Source: a virus. Taken from it: a stretch of 64,000 nt of DNA. This document shows positions 9,708 to 20,438 of this stretch, in pieces. The position numbers were made by a program, and so were the translations under genes. The notes under the pieces were generated by a model. The model was not told the DNA's origin, ran no database searches, and saw nothing but the letters and a program-made list of their open reading frames with translations. The stretch's first letter is position 1, and the number at the start of each line of letters is the position of its first letter. Location of the stretch: the IMG/VR virus record IMGVR_UViG_3300035663_000004, positions 1 through 64,000 of that record. One strand, written 5' to 3'.

Positions 9708-10979
9708 TTAAAGATTGTAAAATAGTTGCCGGATCAATCCTTCGTCTTTGTGATATACAAACGCGGTTGCCCGGCGCATATTGCCTATGAATGCCATTTT
9801 ATCGTGCCATGAATCAGTTGGTTTTAAAGAGGGACAGGTTTCGATCTCCAGCCCGTTTATCTCATTGGTCTTATTGTGTATTGACCAAACGTCTTTTGCT
9901 CTTTTATGCAGGTGTCCTACCCTTGCAAAGCGATATTTACTCGTTGTCCAAAACTCGCATTCGGATGAAACTACCGCCTGTATGTTGGTATTCCGAACTA
10001 CATCGCCGTGCATATACGCCAACAAGTTTTTACCAAAAGAAACATATTGGCGTCCGTTCAAATTTGGCTCAGGAAATTTTACGTTTGTCTTTTGGCCTAC
10101 TTTCGATCTTACGATCTCGTGTAAGGATAAGGTAGCGTGGGTGTCATGGTTTCCGTACACAAAGGGAACGATAATATTTGACTTTGCCGGAAACATGGCT
10201 ATCGTATCGTTGACCAATTCGGCTGCAAATATAAGGGACTTAAACCAATTTGAGGAATATTCCATTTGCGTTCCTCGCGTTGTTGTGCCAAATAAATTAT
10301 CAATATGCAAAAAATCGTTTCCAATAGGCAGAATAACAGTACCTATGTTTTTTTTGTCACTCAGGAAATTTTTTATTGCATTAAACCAAACTTTCCTAAT
10401 TGTCTCATAGCTCCAATCGTCTTTTACCCCTATTGCGCCTATATGCAGGTCGGGTATCATAATCTCAAGAGCGCAATCCCCTAAAACAATTTGCTTCGGT
10501 TCTGTTGCTGGTGTAGGGGTTTGTGCGTATGCCTGCTCAAGCCATGAAACGATAATGTCCTTTGAAACGCCCGGCATTGTTTTTCGCTTCCATTCAACGG
10601 TAATTTGGTGAAGCGGATTGACAACAGGGTAATGCGTTCCGTCCGGCCTTTTCAGTTTCATTCCAACTTCCCAGTAGTTCGTTTTCAATTTGTGCTGCTC
10701 CCATATCTCGGTGTCAACTTTATGGTATTGTATCAGGTCTTCAACGGATCTCAAAAGTTCCGAATAGTGGCTTATCGTAAAGTCGTTATTGGTTTCCTGC
10801 TTTTCGTAAAATTCAATCTTGTGGTGTTCGTCCTGCGTTTTCAGCCTTTTCAACGCCTCCTCAATACCAAGCGCTTCGGCGGTTTGTATCAAATCGCCCC
10901 ATTGTTCTTTGGTAGCTACTCCGGTATTGAGGCGGCGTCTGTGTTGTTCTTGTGGCATTAGTGCTTTATTTTCAGGCAA
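9708..10979 (-). CDS. Calcineurin-like metallophosphoesterase with N-terminal extension
   Basis: PDLHIG, GNDFLH, GNHD, HGD, GHLH. Confidence 0.85.
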   Translation of the reverse strand: MPENKALMPQEQHRRRLNTGVATKEQWGDLIQTAEALGIEEALKRLKTQDEHHKIEFYEKQETNNDFTISHYSELLRSVEDLIQYHKVDTEIWEQHKLKTNYWEVGMKLKRPDGTHYPVVNPLHQITVEWKRKTMPGVSKDIIVSWLEQAYAQTPTPATEPKQIVLGDCALEIMIPDLHIGAIGVKDDWSYETIRKVWFNAIKNFLSDKKNIGTVILPIGNDFLHIDNLFGTTTRGTQMEYSSNWFKSLIFAAELVNDTIAMFPAKSNIIVPFVYGNHDTHATLSLHEIVRSKVGQKTNVKFPEPNLNGRQYVSFGKNLLAYMHGDVVRNTNIQAVVSSECEFWTTSKYRFARVGHLHKRAKDVWSIHNKTNEINGLEIETCPSLKPTDSWHDKMAFIGNMRRATAFVYHKDEGLIRQLFYNL

Positions 10980-10985
10980 ATATAA

Positions 10986-13900
10986 CTATTTGTTATAACC
11001 TTTAAACAAAGGAACAAAATTTTCTCCCCGAATGATCTTCCGGATTTCGTATTTGGTAAACTTTTTCTCCAGCATAATCCCCGCGATTTCCCTGTCTGTA
11101 AGTCCAAGTGCGCGTGCGTGCTTTATGTCTTTCTTCAGCGATTCGCATAATGCGTCTGTGCTAAACTTTGTAGTTTCAAACGCCTTGTTCAATTCCTTAA
11201 TTGCATCCTCGCGTGTTATTGCCCCATTGGCAACTTTCTTTTTTAAAGAACCAAGGGACTTTGTAAACACGGATCGCGCCTCTCCTTTGTCTGTGGAACG
11301 GTTATACATTCGGGTTCCAACTGCAACCTCCGGATTAAGCGTTTCGGTTTGTAGTCCTGCAAAACTTAATAAAACTTGGTCAAGTTCTTTGGGAATGCGA
11401 TTGCCTACCGACTCCTGTGTTGTTGCCATATAGAGGTCTTCGCCCGTTTTTACAAATCCGGGCTGCAACTGCCATACTAAAAATCGTCCTAAGTCCTTTA
11501 GGTTTTGTCCGGCCTCAACGCCTCCGTCTTCTTTGTCATACTTTAACAGCCACTCGCTTAACGCAAGGTTAGGGCGGTATATCCTTTGGTCATTCATTTC
11601 GTTTTTGTTTGACCAGGCCTGCCGGATTGCCCCCCAAACAAGGTTTTCAGAAACAAACGGCTCAACTAAATCATATCCGACCTGCGCTAAGCGTTTGCCT
11701 ATCGCCTTGTCTGTATCGGTTGTAAGGCGGTAGTATATCTTCTTGTAAAAGTTGTGCGGATCGGTGTATCCAAGATTGATAAAAGAGTAGGTTCCGTTTT
11801 TGTTTCCGGTATAGATAATCGTTGACGCCTGCTGCCACGGCTTTGAAAGGCTGCGGATTGCTTCGTCTTCCTCATCGTCTATGCCCATTAAGGCTTTGGC
11901 GTATGCCGCTGCTCCGAACGTCATACTTTGGAAAAACATGATACGCGCAAGGCGCAAAAATCCGTCAACCCGGAAGCGCGGATCGCGCATTTCCTCGATG
12001 GTTAGAGCAATCGTGTTTTTCGATGTTCTGAACATTTCAGCCGGGAACGCTACGAATGTTCCTGTGATAGGCCAGTTCCTAAATGCCTGAACGGCTTTAG
12101 GAACTTTTGAGTAGGTAGGCATAATATCCCGGACGATGCGCGCCGCCCGTTCCTCTGCAATCTTTGCCTGCTGTGGGGTTAATTGGTCAAAGTCTTTGCC
12201 GTATAAACCCCGCGCCGACCGCTGCCGCTCTTTAAGGTAGCCCATTACCTTAAAAATATCGTCCTCCATTTGGTACATATCCTCTGCGAACTGCAAGCCG
12301 TCTCTTACCCCGCGAATGCCTTTTGCGATCAGACGCTGGCGAAAGTTCCCGGTTTCGTAATCGTACAATCGCCCGGAAGACAAGTCCCAGTCGGCTCCTT
12401 CTGACTTCAGTTCGTCAATGGCTTTTTTAAGAACTTCCGATGTCGTCCCTGTTGAGATAATACCAAGTTCGGTCATGCGCTCTACTTCCGCTTGTCTTTC
12501 CTCGTTTGACTTTGGCCACAAACTTTGATGCACTACATTGAACGGGTCTCTAAAGCCAAATCCCTTTCGTGGATCAAGACTAAAGTATCCGTTCATGGCG
12601 CACAAATAAAGATTGGAAACAAAGTTCCTTGCGTGGGTAACGGGGCTTAATATCGTTTTGCCATATCGTATCGCGGAAACAAACTTGAGGTATGTTGCCC
12701 AAAAAGCATTTAATTCAGCACCCTCATACATTTCTTTCAAAGCCGTTTCAATTTCCGGGCTGGTGTACCATCCGTTTAACGGATCCATTGAAGGATTTTT
12801 TTCAGAACTTATTTGTCTGTAATATCCCGGAACAGGTGTGTCGGGCGGAAAAAAGAACTGGCCTTCAAATTGATCTTTGAGGCGCAGGAGCAGGTTTTGC
12901 GATTCAATCAGCGTGGCCATGCGCTGCATGGTCTTACCAAAATTTACGCGCGCGTCGCGGTATTCGCCTAACAGGTCGCGTATTTCTTCCGGTATATCCT
13001 TTCTTCCAATGAACGATGTAAGGTCTTTGCTGCCGGGTTTCCCGCGCTTCATAAACCCTTTTTGCTCTTGGTCTTTGTCAAGTATTTTGTCTATGTTAGC
13101 ATCAACGTTGGCTATTTGCTTTTGAAGTTCGGCTATCTTTTTACTTGGGTTGCTTTGTATGTCCAGGATTTTATCTTCCAAATCGGCATTCTTTCTGCGA
13201 AGTCCGGCAATTATTTTAGCCGACAATTTCATTTGATTGAAGTCGTCTCCGGGAATAAGGAGGATGTTTGCCAAATCTTCAGCAGCCATTTCCTTTGACT
13301 GGCGAAGCCTGGACGAAAGTTCGTTTATAATCTTTTGCTGGGCGTTTATTTGCCGTTGCGTGACCAAATTTGCGCGCCCTTTCTCGGCTGTAAACTGTGC
13401 CTGCTTTGAAGCAAGTTCGCTCATCCTTGCTTTAGCTTCCGCAAGCTGGTCTGAAATTTCCGTAACGATACGGTTTATCTTTGCGGTATTCGCGTCTATT
13501 TCATCCTGCAATTCGTCGGCGCTGGTATTCGCAAGGGTTTCAAGTTCATTAATTCTGCCCTGCCAAATTTCAATAAGTTTAGCTCTTGCCCTGTCCCTTA
13601 CGCCGGAATCAACGTTTTTGGCATACGACGGATCGTCATTAACCTTGTACGACCTGTAAAGGTAGGTTCCAAGTTCGTTTCCGTATCCGTCCAAAAATGC
13701 CTCAATCGCCATGTTCTCCTCTTTAGTCCGCTCGTTTGGCGACTTTTTGATAGCGCCCATAAACCCTTTCATCTCATTGTTACCGGCCAAATCAATTTGA
13801 ACGCCGCTGTTTTGCAGGACGGTCATAACAAATTTGTGGTTTCCTGCGCCTATGCGAACGATCTCCCGGCTCATACTGTCAATCGTTTGGCGCATTTCGC

Positions 13901-16900
13901 GGACTGCATCTGCTATTTCGGGCGGAAGTATCGAATAGTCGGCTTCGCCTTTCATAACATTATCTGCAATTTGCGCCCATACGCGCCGTGCGTTTGCTTT
14001 GCTCTCCGGCTTTTCCCCTTTGATATGGTTTTCCACCGCACGGTCAAAATTAGCCATCAAATAGTCCAAGCGCATAATGTGCTTTTTGATGTTGTTTTCC
14101 ATGCGATCAATCTCTGCCTTAATTTCGGGGCCAAGGAGGCCGGAACTTGTGAGCCACTCTTTAGTGAACTTCATTATCCGGTCAATCATAGACGCTGGTT
14201 TGTATGCGCGCTCTCCTCTTTTAAAGTCAAGGCGTCCAAATCCCTGCTGTTTAGATTCCTGTTCCCAAATATGCGCAACCTGGTTAGGGTCAAGAGCAAG
14301 TTCTATGCCTATCTTTTTGATCTTTACAAGTGCATCTTTTTGGCCGTTTTGCTGAATCTCGGTGGCTATCATTTTCCTTGCAGCGAGTTGGCGGGTAGCA
14401 AGGTCGGTATCGTTGGATGCTGCCGAAAACTGGAACGTTGCCTCGTTTTGTTCCCGGACGTACTTTGCGCTTTGCGGCGTTGCGGCAAAAACGATTTGCT
14501 CTTCCGGCGCTACGTCGTACAAAAGGAACGGCGGTATAGATTCCCGTGTAACGACCCGGACGGCGGGTTTACCAAACTGCTCGCGCACTTGGTCTTCGCT
14601 TTCAAAGATAAAAGGCTTTTGCGCCTGTGTAGCAAAGTAGTATTCGTTGCCTCTAAAAGTGATGCCGGGCGGTTTGTTTGCTACATCAAAAGTAAATCCG
14701 GCCTTTTCGCGCAATTTGGCGCGCTGTTCAACAAGACGCGCTTCAACCTCCCCGGCTGTCTTCAGATAGCCAAGGGTAGTAAATATTTCATTGAACTTAA
14801 ACGTTTCGTCTTCCAGTTTCGTAGCGTCGGCGGCTATCTTTTCGATTATCCGGTTTGTCTTTTCAATTTCCTCAAGGATCTTTGCTCCTTCCGGCGTATC
14901 AGCACCCGTGTTTTGCAGGTCGGTTTGCAAAGCGGCAAGGTGCTGACCGACCTTATTCATAACGTCTAACGGTGTTGTGCCGGGCGCAAAGTTTTCATAA
15001 TACTGCACCAAGTGCTGTATCTCGTGTAAAAGCGTTGACTTCATTTCTGCCGGCGAAACCCCTTCGGCCGCCATAATAACCAGTCTTCCGGTTTCGTCAA
15101 CAAAAAAAGCACCTGCAAGGCCGGCTGCTTTCGATTCGGCTTCGCTCAAAAACGCAAACTTTATATCTCTTGCCTGCGGATATGCCTGAAAAAAGGTTGG
15201 GTAGTCAAGTGCATCTGCAAGCGTTAAGTTTTCCGCTCCGGTTTGCGCCAACTTATCGGCGGCTTCCTGAGCGGTTTCGACCAGCATGGTCATTTCTGCC
15301 GAATTGATCTCATAACGCCAAAGTCCGTCAACGCCGCGATACCAGCCTGTAAGGTTCCAAATATCTTCGATGTCCACGCCCTTTTTCTCCATGCCTTTTG
15401 CCATAGCAAGCATACGATTGACTTGGGGCTGCAATGCCGCTGCGCCGCGTTCGCCTAATATCTGAAACTGGATGCCGTTTTCTCCGGGAACAGCAACGGC
15501 AATTTTCTTCGCCTGTTGCCGCAAATTTGATTCCCGCTCTGTTACGTTTGCCGGACGTTTTCCGCCCAACAAAGACTTTGCTACCGCGTCTGCGTATTGC
15601 GCGGCATTCATCGTTTTTGGATTGATAGCGGTAGCCCTTTCGTATCTGCTGAAAAGAGAGGAGAACCATTGCTTGAATTTTCTCCATGCCGAAGTGGTCT
15701 GCATCCTTGCGCCGGCCTCCCCGATTGCGGTAGCCAGCGCCTCCTCTAAAATGGCTTCCTCGCTCAATCCGGCATACATTGGATTGGATCGTATATCCGC
15801 CTCATATTGAGAGCCGCGCATAAGATTGATGCCTGCCTCATAGTGCGCCGGATCGTTCTCTTTAATCCAGTTGTTCCAAATATGGCCGAACTCGTGAACG
15901 GGTGTGTCAAGTCCTGCATAACGTGGATCAATGTACACCTTACCTTGGTAAACAAAACCTTTGACCGGCGTGTTTATACCATTAGCCTTCAGGATACGAT
16001 CAATCTCTGCCGTATCCATGCTGACCGAAACATTCGGAAACGCTTTTGCTACTTTCGACAAAGTTTTTCTCAGTCTTTTGTCGGATGGATTGTTACCGAT
16101 TTCAAGTTCTGACTTTACTTTTTTGATCGCTTTGTCAAGTCCGGGCTTTACGGCATTGCTTAATATCCTTGCAATTTTCGGGGCGGATATGCCGTTTCTT
16201 AGGGTTTGGCGAAGCGATGCGCCCGCCTGCCCCATTGACCGGGAATCCTCCATTGTGGATCGCATAGACGGGCTGCGGCTGCCTATTATCTTGCGAACCT
16301 GGTCAATTTTATTTTTCTTAAAGACGAAGCCGCCTGCTGTTTGGGAATACACGCCTCCCGCCGCTACAAGTGCGTCAACGTACATATCCGGCGCTGTTAC
16401 CACTATTCGGTCTGCCTGCATTTGAATATTGGATGTTGGCGCTACGGAATCCGGATCGGGGTCGGGCGTGTCCTCATTTACCTGTTTGCGGTATTCCTTT
16501 ACCTGTGCTACCTGTTCCGGGGTAAGCGGCGTCATTGCCTGTGTCGTTACCGCCTGTATCAGGTCGTCGGGCGCACCGTTCTCCTGCAAGATTTTTATGT
16601 CCTGCGGTGCGGTATTTTGGTTTACCGGAATTTGATCTATCTGTGCGTCAATAACCGTTTCGGCTATATTTCCGACTTCCGGATTTTCACTAATTGCCGC
16701 TTCGCTTTGCGCAGCGATTGTAGCAGCACCGATTCGCTCCCCGATAGTCTCTCCTGCGATAAGCGGCTCTGCATTCTCTTGAGTGACGCCTTCGCGATTT
16801 GGCTCAGCCTGTCCCTGTTCCGGCGTTGCTGTTCCGATTGCCTGTTGGGTTTCATAATTTGTTGTTGTGGTTTCAGAATCTTTTATTGTTTCAGCGCTTG

Positions 16901-19900
16901 CGCCTCTTTTTTGTTCACTTCTTATTTTTGCCCTTATTTCGCTTTCAATCAATTCCTGCACTTGCGGGGCAAGGGACAAAAAGCGTCCGTCAAATCCTTC
17001 TACTGACTCAACAGCTTGTTCAATATCAAAGGTGCCATCCTCGTTTACAAAGTTGTCAAGGAAAGCGGAAACCTGATCGTCAAGGTGCTGTTTAAGTTCT
17101 GGCAGCGCATCTTCATACGCTACGATGCTGGGTTCTTTTTGCCTTTCTGCTTCAACCTGTTGTTCAATATCGGTTTCCTGTAAAATGCCCGCTTCCCGCG
17201 CCTGTCCGCGCTCCATTTCCATTTCGCGCATTGTTTCGCCGGATTGCTCTGCAATGCGCCTGCGGGCGTATTCTCCGGGGCCGTCCAAATTGTCCTCAAT
17301 AAAATCCCAAATCATTTGCTCCGCCTGAATCTCGTCAATGCCCCACTTGTCTGCAATATCGGTTGCCATTTGTTCAATGCCTTGTGCGCCCTTTTGGGTA
17401 TATTTCAGCATTGTCCCTTTTTGGTCTTTTCTCCAGCCTTTAGAGGCGAACTTTTTTGATCCACTTGGGTCAACTCTTTCTCCGCTCAAAAACTTTAAAG
17501 CAATATCGTCTTGAGGGCTTTCGGCATCTAACTGCGCCCAAAGCGGACGATCTTTGCTTACAATGCGTTGGCCTTGTATTGCTTGTGCATTAACGCCGCT
17601 CATAAAAGAGGTAATATCTTCGTTGGCGTCCGCGTTTGGCAGTTCCTGCGCAACTATTTGCCGGACTATTGGAAACTGCTCCTGACCAATAGTCCCCTTG
17701 CTTTGATCAATTACCGTTTGCGTCATTTCGTCTATGTACGATTCCTTTAGCGCCTCCCCCCGCTGGTTTGGTATCGTATCAGCGGCAGCCATTGCCTGCT
17801 GAACATCGCCCATTTTTGTTTCGGTGCTTGTAACTACTTCGGATAGCGATGCAGGAACGGCAACTCCGGCCTGTCTTGCCGCTTTAGTTGCGCGCTCAAC
17901 CTCAAAGGCTTCTACGGTTGGAGATTTGGGCGCACTTACCGTCATCTCCATAGCGAAAGGATTAAATTCCTCTTGTGCTGGGGGCTGCGTTGTAGGCTGC
18001 TCCGGGACTGTTTGGGGCGCTGTTGCGGTCGTGGTTGCAGTCGTTCCGGCTTCTACCGCTTCCGGCGTCTGCGCTGCCGGGATCGCGGGTTCTGCCTGCT
18101 GTAACTCCGGAACAGTACCAACTTCTGCTGGCGCTACCATTTCCGGCGTTGTTGCTGGTGTTACTTCCGGCGCTACTCCGGGCTGGGTAGGCATTTCAGC
18201 CGCCTGTATTGTTCCGGCCGCCTGTTCTTCGGCCGGAGCGGGTGCGCCTTCCAGCATCTTTGCGATGGCAGCGTCGGCGTCTTTGATCTGCTGTTTTATT
18301 TTCTCTGCCTGCGCCGGAATAACTTGTCCGGAATCAACGGCATTTTGCATATCGTCCCTGTAAGCCTGCAAGGTAATTATATCCGTTTTTTGGTTGTCGG
18401 ATAGATTGGGCGGCAGGTTTTTCCAGCGGATATTTAGCGCTTCAATCCTTGCCTGGTATTGCTGTGCTTCTTCGGGTGAAATGACCTTGCTGTCAACAAG
18501 ATTGGATAGTGCGCCTGCAAAGCGTTCCGGGGACGCTACGGCTGCTCCAAACGCCTGCTTTTGGTAGGTAGCAATGCCGCCACCGCCCAAAAAAGACATT
18601 GGAGCGGTAACAACGGTAGTCAAAAGGATAGTTTCCTTAATTTCGTCCGGCGTCATATCCGATTGCAGGCTCGATCCTGTCATTTGGTTAAACTCGGATG
18701 CGACAATTTTGTCCGAAAGGCCTGTTAAAATTTCTTCACCATTTTCTCCAATAATATCTTTTGCCGCTGGCCACAATCGCATAGCCGCTATTTGTCCGGG
18801 CGTCATTTTTCCAACAAGGGCGCGCGCCTCCATTTTGCCAAGACTTTTTGCGCTGGCGCTGGCGGCCATGGATAGCGGGCGCGTTTCAATTCCACCAACG
18901 CCTATTTCAAGTGCGCTCATAATCCCGGCAGCGGTAAGCGCATATTGCGCTGCGTCTGCCTGGCTCATATTCATATCACGAATAGCCTCTTTGTAGTAGT
19001 TATTGTGCGCCATTGCGAAACTGGCCGCTGTTGCTTTTGCCGCACTTCCTCCGGCCATGCCGCGCGTAATAGCCAACCTTGCAATCACATCGAATGCTTG
19101 GCTTCCGAGGTTGCGGTATCCGGTAAACTCCTCTTTTGCAAGCGCTGGCGCCTGTTCTGTCAAATATTGCAGCTCTTTTTCTGTTGGCTGCACTTCGGTA
19201 ATTCTGCCGTTTGCAAATCGCTCATATACCCGCTCCACTTCGCCTTGCGAACTTACTGCAACTTCATAGTCCTTAGCCCCCATTTTGATTTTTGCAATGT
19301 TCTCAAACAGGGGGCGGTTTTCTGCCGTTGGTTTTGGCATATAAACGTCTTGAGATTCTTGCATTTGGTCTCCAATAGAGCCAATAAAATAGCCCAAACC
19401 CCGTAACTTTTCAAAGGCATCTGACCCTATTGCGTCTTTTTCGGTTTCCGGTATCATTGCGGACAATGTGCGCGGAAGAGTAACAACCTCTACGGCAAGG
19501 TTTCCCGCTAATCTCTTTGCCCAATCTACTATTGGAACATTTGGAAGCGGTAAACCTTCTGCTGGACTAATAGGATCAAGTCCGGCATCAACCAAACTGG
19601 TGTTTAATTTCTTGAGCCGCTCGTTTTTAAAATACTCAGGATTGTTTTTTTCAAAATCAACGTATGCCTGTTGCGCTTTGCCGTATCCGGCCATTGCGCC
19701 CTGCAAGTTTTTGTAGGGTTCTGTTTCGGTAATTTTGGTTATTAATTCAAGGGCTGCTGTTCGCTGCTGCTCGTCTTTGGGGTTTGATACGGATTGTACC
19801 GCTCCTTCAAGTTGCGCTTCCCAGTCTTTGCCGAAAAGCAATGAAAGGTCGTTCTTTGCTACTTTGGCCTGCAAGTCCAAACGATTTCCATATAGTTGCA

Positions 19901-20414
19901 AAGATTCAAGGTCGCGCCTGGCTTTATCATTGTCGGTGGCGTACTTTTGCTTCAGGTCGTAATCCTTTTCCATTTCCTTACGCAAAGCAATCCCCGCCTG
20001 CAAAGGATCGTCTTCGCCGGTGTACGCTGTTGCAATGGTCTTTGGCTTTTGCGCTATTTCTTCCGCTATGGTGGGCTGCTGCAAGGGTTGCATCATCCCT
20101 TGCTGCCCTTCCGATTCAAGGAGATTGACTTTGCTATAATCCGTGCCAATAGTCTCGGATAGCGGTAGCGATTCTTTCAATCCGGCTTCGGATTGGGTAT
20201 TTTTTTTTTTATAATCCGCAAGGGCGCTGCCCATATCTTTACGGAAACTGGCCTCATCTACCCCATCAAGGAGGCCGGCCTTGCTCATGTTTCGATACAG
20301 TCCGCCTACCGCTTTGTCGTCAAGAGAGCCTGCCCATTTGTTGTAGTCAACGCCGCCGTGCTGGCCTATGCTTTGCAGGTAGTCGTAAAGTTCCTTTAAC
20401 TGTTGTTCGTTCAT
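10986..20414 (-). CDS. Giant polyvalent internal-virion/ejection protein (two zincin HExxH modules, LPD23-like domain)
   Basis: 3142 aa; DTPVHEFGH..EEALA; IWNLTGWYRGVDGLWRYEI; TLLHEIQH..GEVEAR; Pro/Ala/Glu linker; helical C-terminus with LSPVTHARNF and FVAFPAEMFR. Confidence 0.75.
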   Translation of the reverse strand: MNEQQLKELYDYLQSIGQHGGVDYNKWAGSLDDKAVGGLYRNMSKAGLLDGVDEASFRKDMGSALADYKKKNTQSEAGLKESLPLSETIGTDYSKVNLLESEGQQGMMQPLQQPTIAEEIAQKPKTIATAYTGEDDPLQAGIALRKEMEKDYDLKQKYATDNDKARRDLESLQLYGNRLDLQAKVAKNDLSLLFGKDWEAQLEGAVQSVSNPKDEQQRTAALELITKITETEPYKNLQGAMAGYGKAQQAYVDFEKNNPEYFKNERLKKLNTSLVDAGLDPISPAEGLPLPNVPIVDWAKRLAGNLAVEVVTLPRTLSAMIPETEKDAIGSDAFEKLRGLGYFIGSIGDQMQESQDVYMPKPTAENRPLFENIAKIKMGAKDYEVAVSSQGEVERVYERFANGRITEVQPTEKELQYLTEQAPALAKEEFTGYRNLGSQAFDVIARLAITRGMAGGSAAKATAASFAMAHNNYYKEAIRDMNMSQADAAQYALTAAGIMSALEIGVGGIETRPLSMAASASAKSLGKMEARALVGKMTPGQIAAMRLWPAAKDIIGENGEEILTGLSDKIVASEFNQMTGSSLQSDMTPDEIKETILLTTVVTAPMSFLGGGGIATYQKQAFGAAVASPERFAGALSNLVDSKVISPEEAQQYQARIEALNIRWKNLPPNLSDNQKTDIITLQAYRDDMQNAVDSGQVIPAQAEKIKQQIKDADAAIAKMLEGAPAPAEEQAAGTIQAAEMPTQPGVAPEVTPATTPEMVAPAEVGTVPELQQAEPAIPAAQTPEAVEAGTTATTTATAPQTVPEQPTTQPPAQEEFNPFAMEMTVSAPKSPTVEAFEVERATKAARQAGVAVPASLSEVVTSTETKMGDVQQAMAAADTIPNQRGEALKESYIDEMTQTVIDQSKGTIGQEQFPIVRQIVAQELPNADANEDITSFMSGVNAQAIQGQRIVSKDRPLWAQLDAESPQDDIALKFLSGERVDPSGSKKFASKGWRKDQKGTMLKYTQKGAQGIEQMATDIADKWGIDEIQAEQMIWDFIEDNLDGPGEYARRRIAEQSGETMREMEMERGQAREAGILQETDIEQQVEAERQKEPSIVAYEDALPELKQHLDDQVSAFLDNFVNEDGTFDIEQAVESVEGFDGRFLSLAPQVQELIESEIRAKIRSEQKRGASAETIKDSETTTTNYETQQAIGTATPEQGQAEPNREGVTQENAEPLIAGETIGERIGAATIAAQSEAAISENPEVGNIAETVIDAQIDQIPVNQNTAPQDIKILQENGAPDDLIQAVTTQAMTPLTPEQVAQVKEYRKQVNEDTPDPDPDSVAPTSNIQMQADRIVVTAPDMYVDALVAAGGVYSQTAGGFVFKKNKIDQVRKIIGSRSPSMRSTMEDSRSMGQAGASLRQTLRNGISAPKIARILSNAVKPGLDKAIKKVKSELEIGNNPSDKRLRKTLSKVAKAFPNVSVSMDTAEIDRILKANGINTPVKGFVYQGKVYIDPRYAGLDTPVHEFGHIWNNWIKENDPAHYEAGINLMRGSQYEADIRSNPMYAGLSEEAILEEALATAIGEAGARMQTTSAWRKFKQWFSSLFSRYERATAINPKTMNAAQYADAVAKSLLGGKRPANVTERESNLRQQAKKIAVAVPGENGIQFQILGERGAAALQPQVNRMLAMAKGMEKKGVDIEDIWNLTGWYRGVDGLWRYEINSAEMTMLVETAQEAADKLAQTGAENLTLADALDYPTFFQAYPQARDIKFAFLSEAESKAAGLAGAFFVDETGRLVIMAAEGVSPAEMKSTLLHEIQHLVQYYENFAPGTTPLDVMNKVGQHLAALQTDLQNTGADTPEGAKILEEIEKTNRIIEKIAADATKLEDETFKFNEIFTTLGYLKTAGEVEARLVEQRAKLREKAGFTFDVANKPPGITFRGNEYYFATQAQKPFIFESEDQVREQFGKPAVRVVTRESIPPFLLYDVAPEEQIVFAATPQSAKYVREQNEATFQFSAASNDTDLATRQLAARKMIATEIQQNGQKDALVKIKKIGIELALDPNQVAHIWEQESKQQGFGRLDFKRGERAYKPASMIDRIMKFTKEWLTSSGLLGPEIKAEIDRMENNIKKHIMRLDYLMANFDRAVENHIKGEKPESKANARRVWAQIADNVMKGEADYSILPPEIADAVREMRQTIDSMSREIVRIGAGNHKFVMTVLQNSGVQIDLAGNNEMKGFMGAIKKSPNERTKEENMAIEAFLDGYGNELGTYLYRSYKVNDDPSYAKNVDSGVRDRARAKLIEIWQGRINELETLANTSADELQDEIDANTAKINRIVTEISDQLAEAKARMSELASKQAQFTAEKGRANLVTQRQINAQQKIINELSSRLRQSKEMAAEDLANILLIPGDDFNQMKLSAKIIAGLRRKNADLEDKILDIQSNPSKKIAELQKQIANVDANIDKILDKDQEQKGFMKRGKPGSKDLTSFIGRKDIPEEIRDLLGEYRDARVNFGKTMQRMATLIESQNLLLRLKDQFEGQFFFPPDTPVPGYYRQISSEKNPSMDPLNGWYTSPEIETALKEMYEGAELNAFWATYLKFVSAIRYGKTILSPVTHARNFVSNLYLCAMNGYFSLDPRKGFGFRDPFNVVHQSLWPKSNEERQAEVERMTELGIISTGTTSEVLKKAIDELKSEGADWDLSSGRLYDYETGNFRQRLIAKGIRGVRDGLQFAEDMYQMEDDIFKVMGYLKERQRSARGLYGKDFDQLTPQQAKIAEERAARIVRDIMPTYSKVPKAVQAFRNWPITGTFVAFPAEMFRTSKNTIALTIEEMRDPRFRVDGFLRLARIMFFQSMTFGAAAYAKALMGIDDEEDEAIRSLSKPWQQASTIIYTGNKNGTYSFINLGYTDPHNFYKKIYYRLTTDTDKAIGKRLAQVGYDLVEPFVSENLVWGAIRQAWSNKNEMNDQRIYRPNLALSEWLLKYDKEDGGVEAGQNLKDLGRFLVWQLQPGFVKTGEDLYMATTQESVGNRIPKELDQVLLSFAGLQTETLNPEVAVGTRMYNRSTDKGEARSVFTKSLGSLKKKVANGAITREDAIKELNKAFETTKFSTDALCESLKKDIKHARALGLTDREIAGIMLEKKFTKYEIRKIIRGENFVPLFKGYNK

Positions 20415-20438
20415 GTTTGCAATTATGTTTGCGATTTT

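Noticed and set aside
10986-20414. crAss-like virion RNA polymerase
   Set aside because: No DxDxD catalytic motif seen; motifs fit a zincin/LPD polyvalent protein
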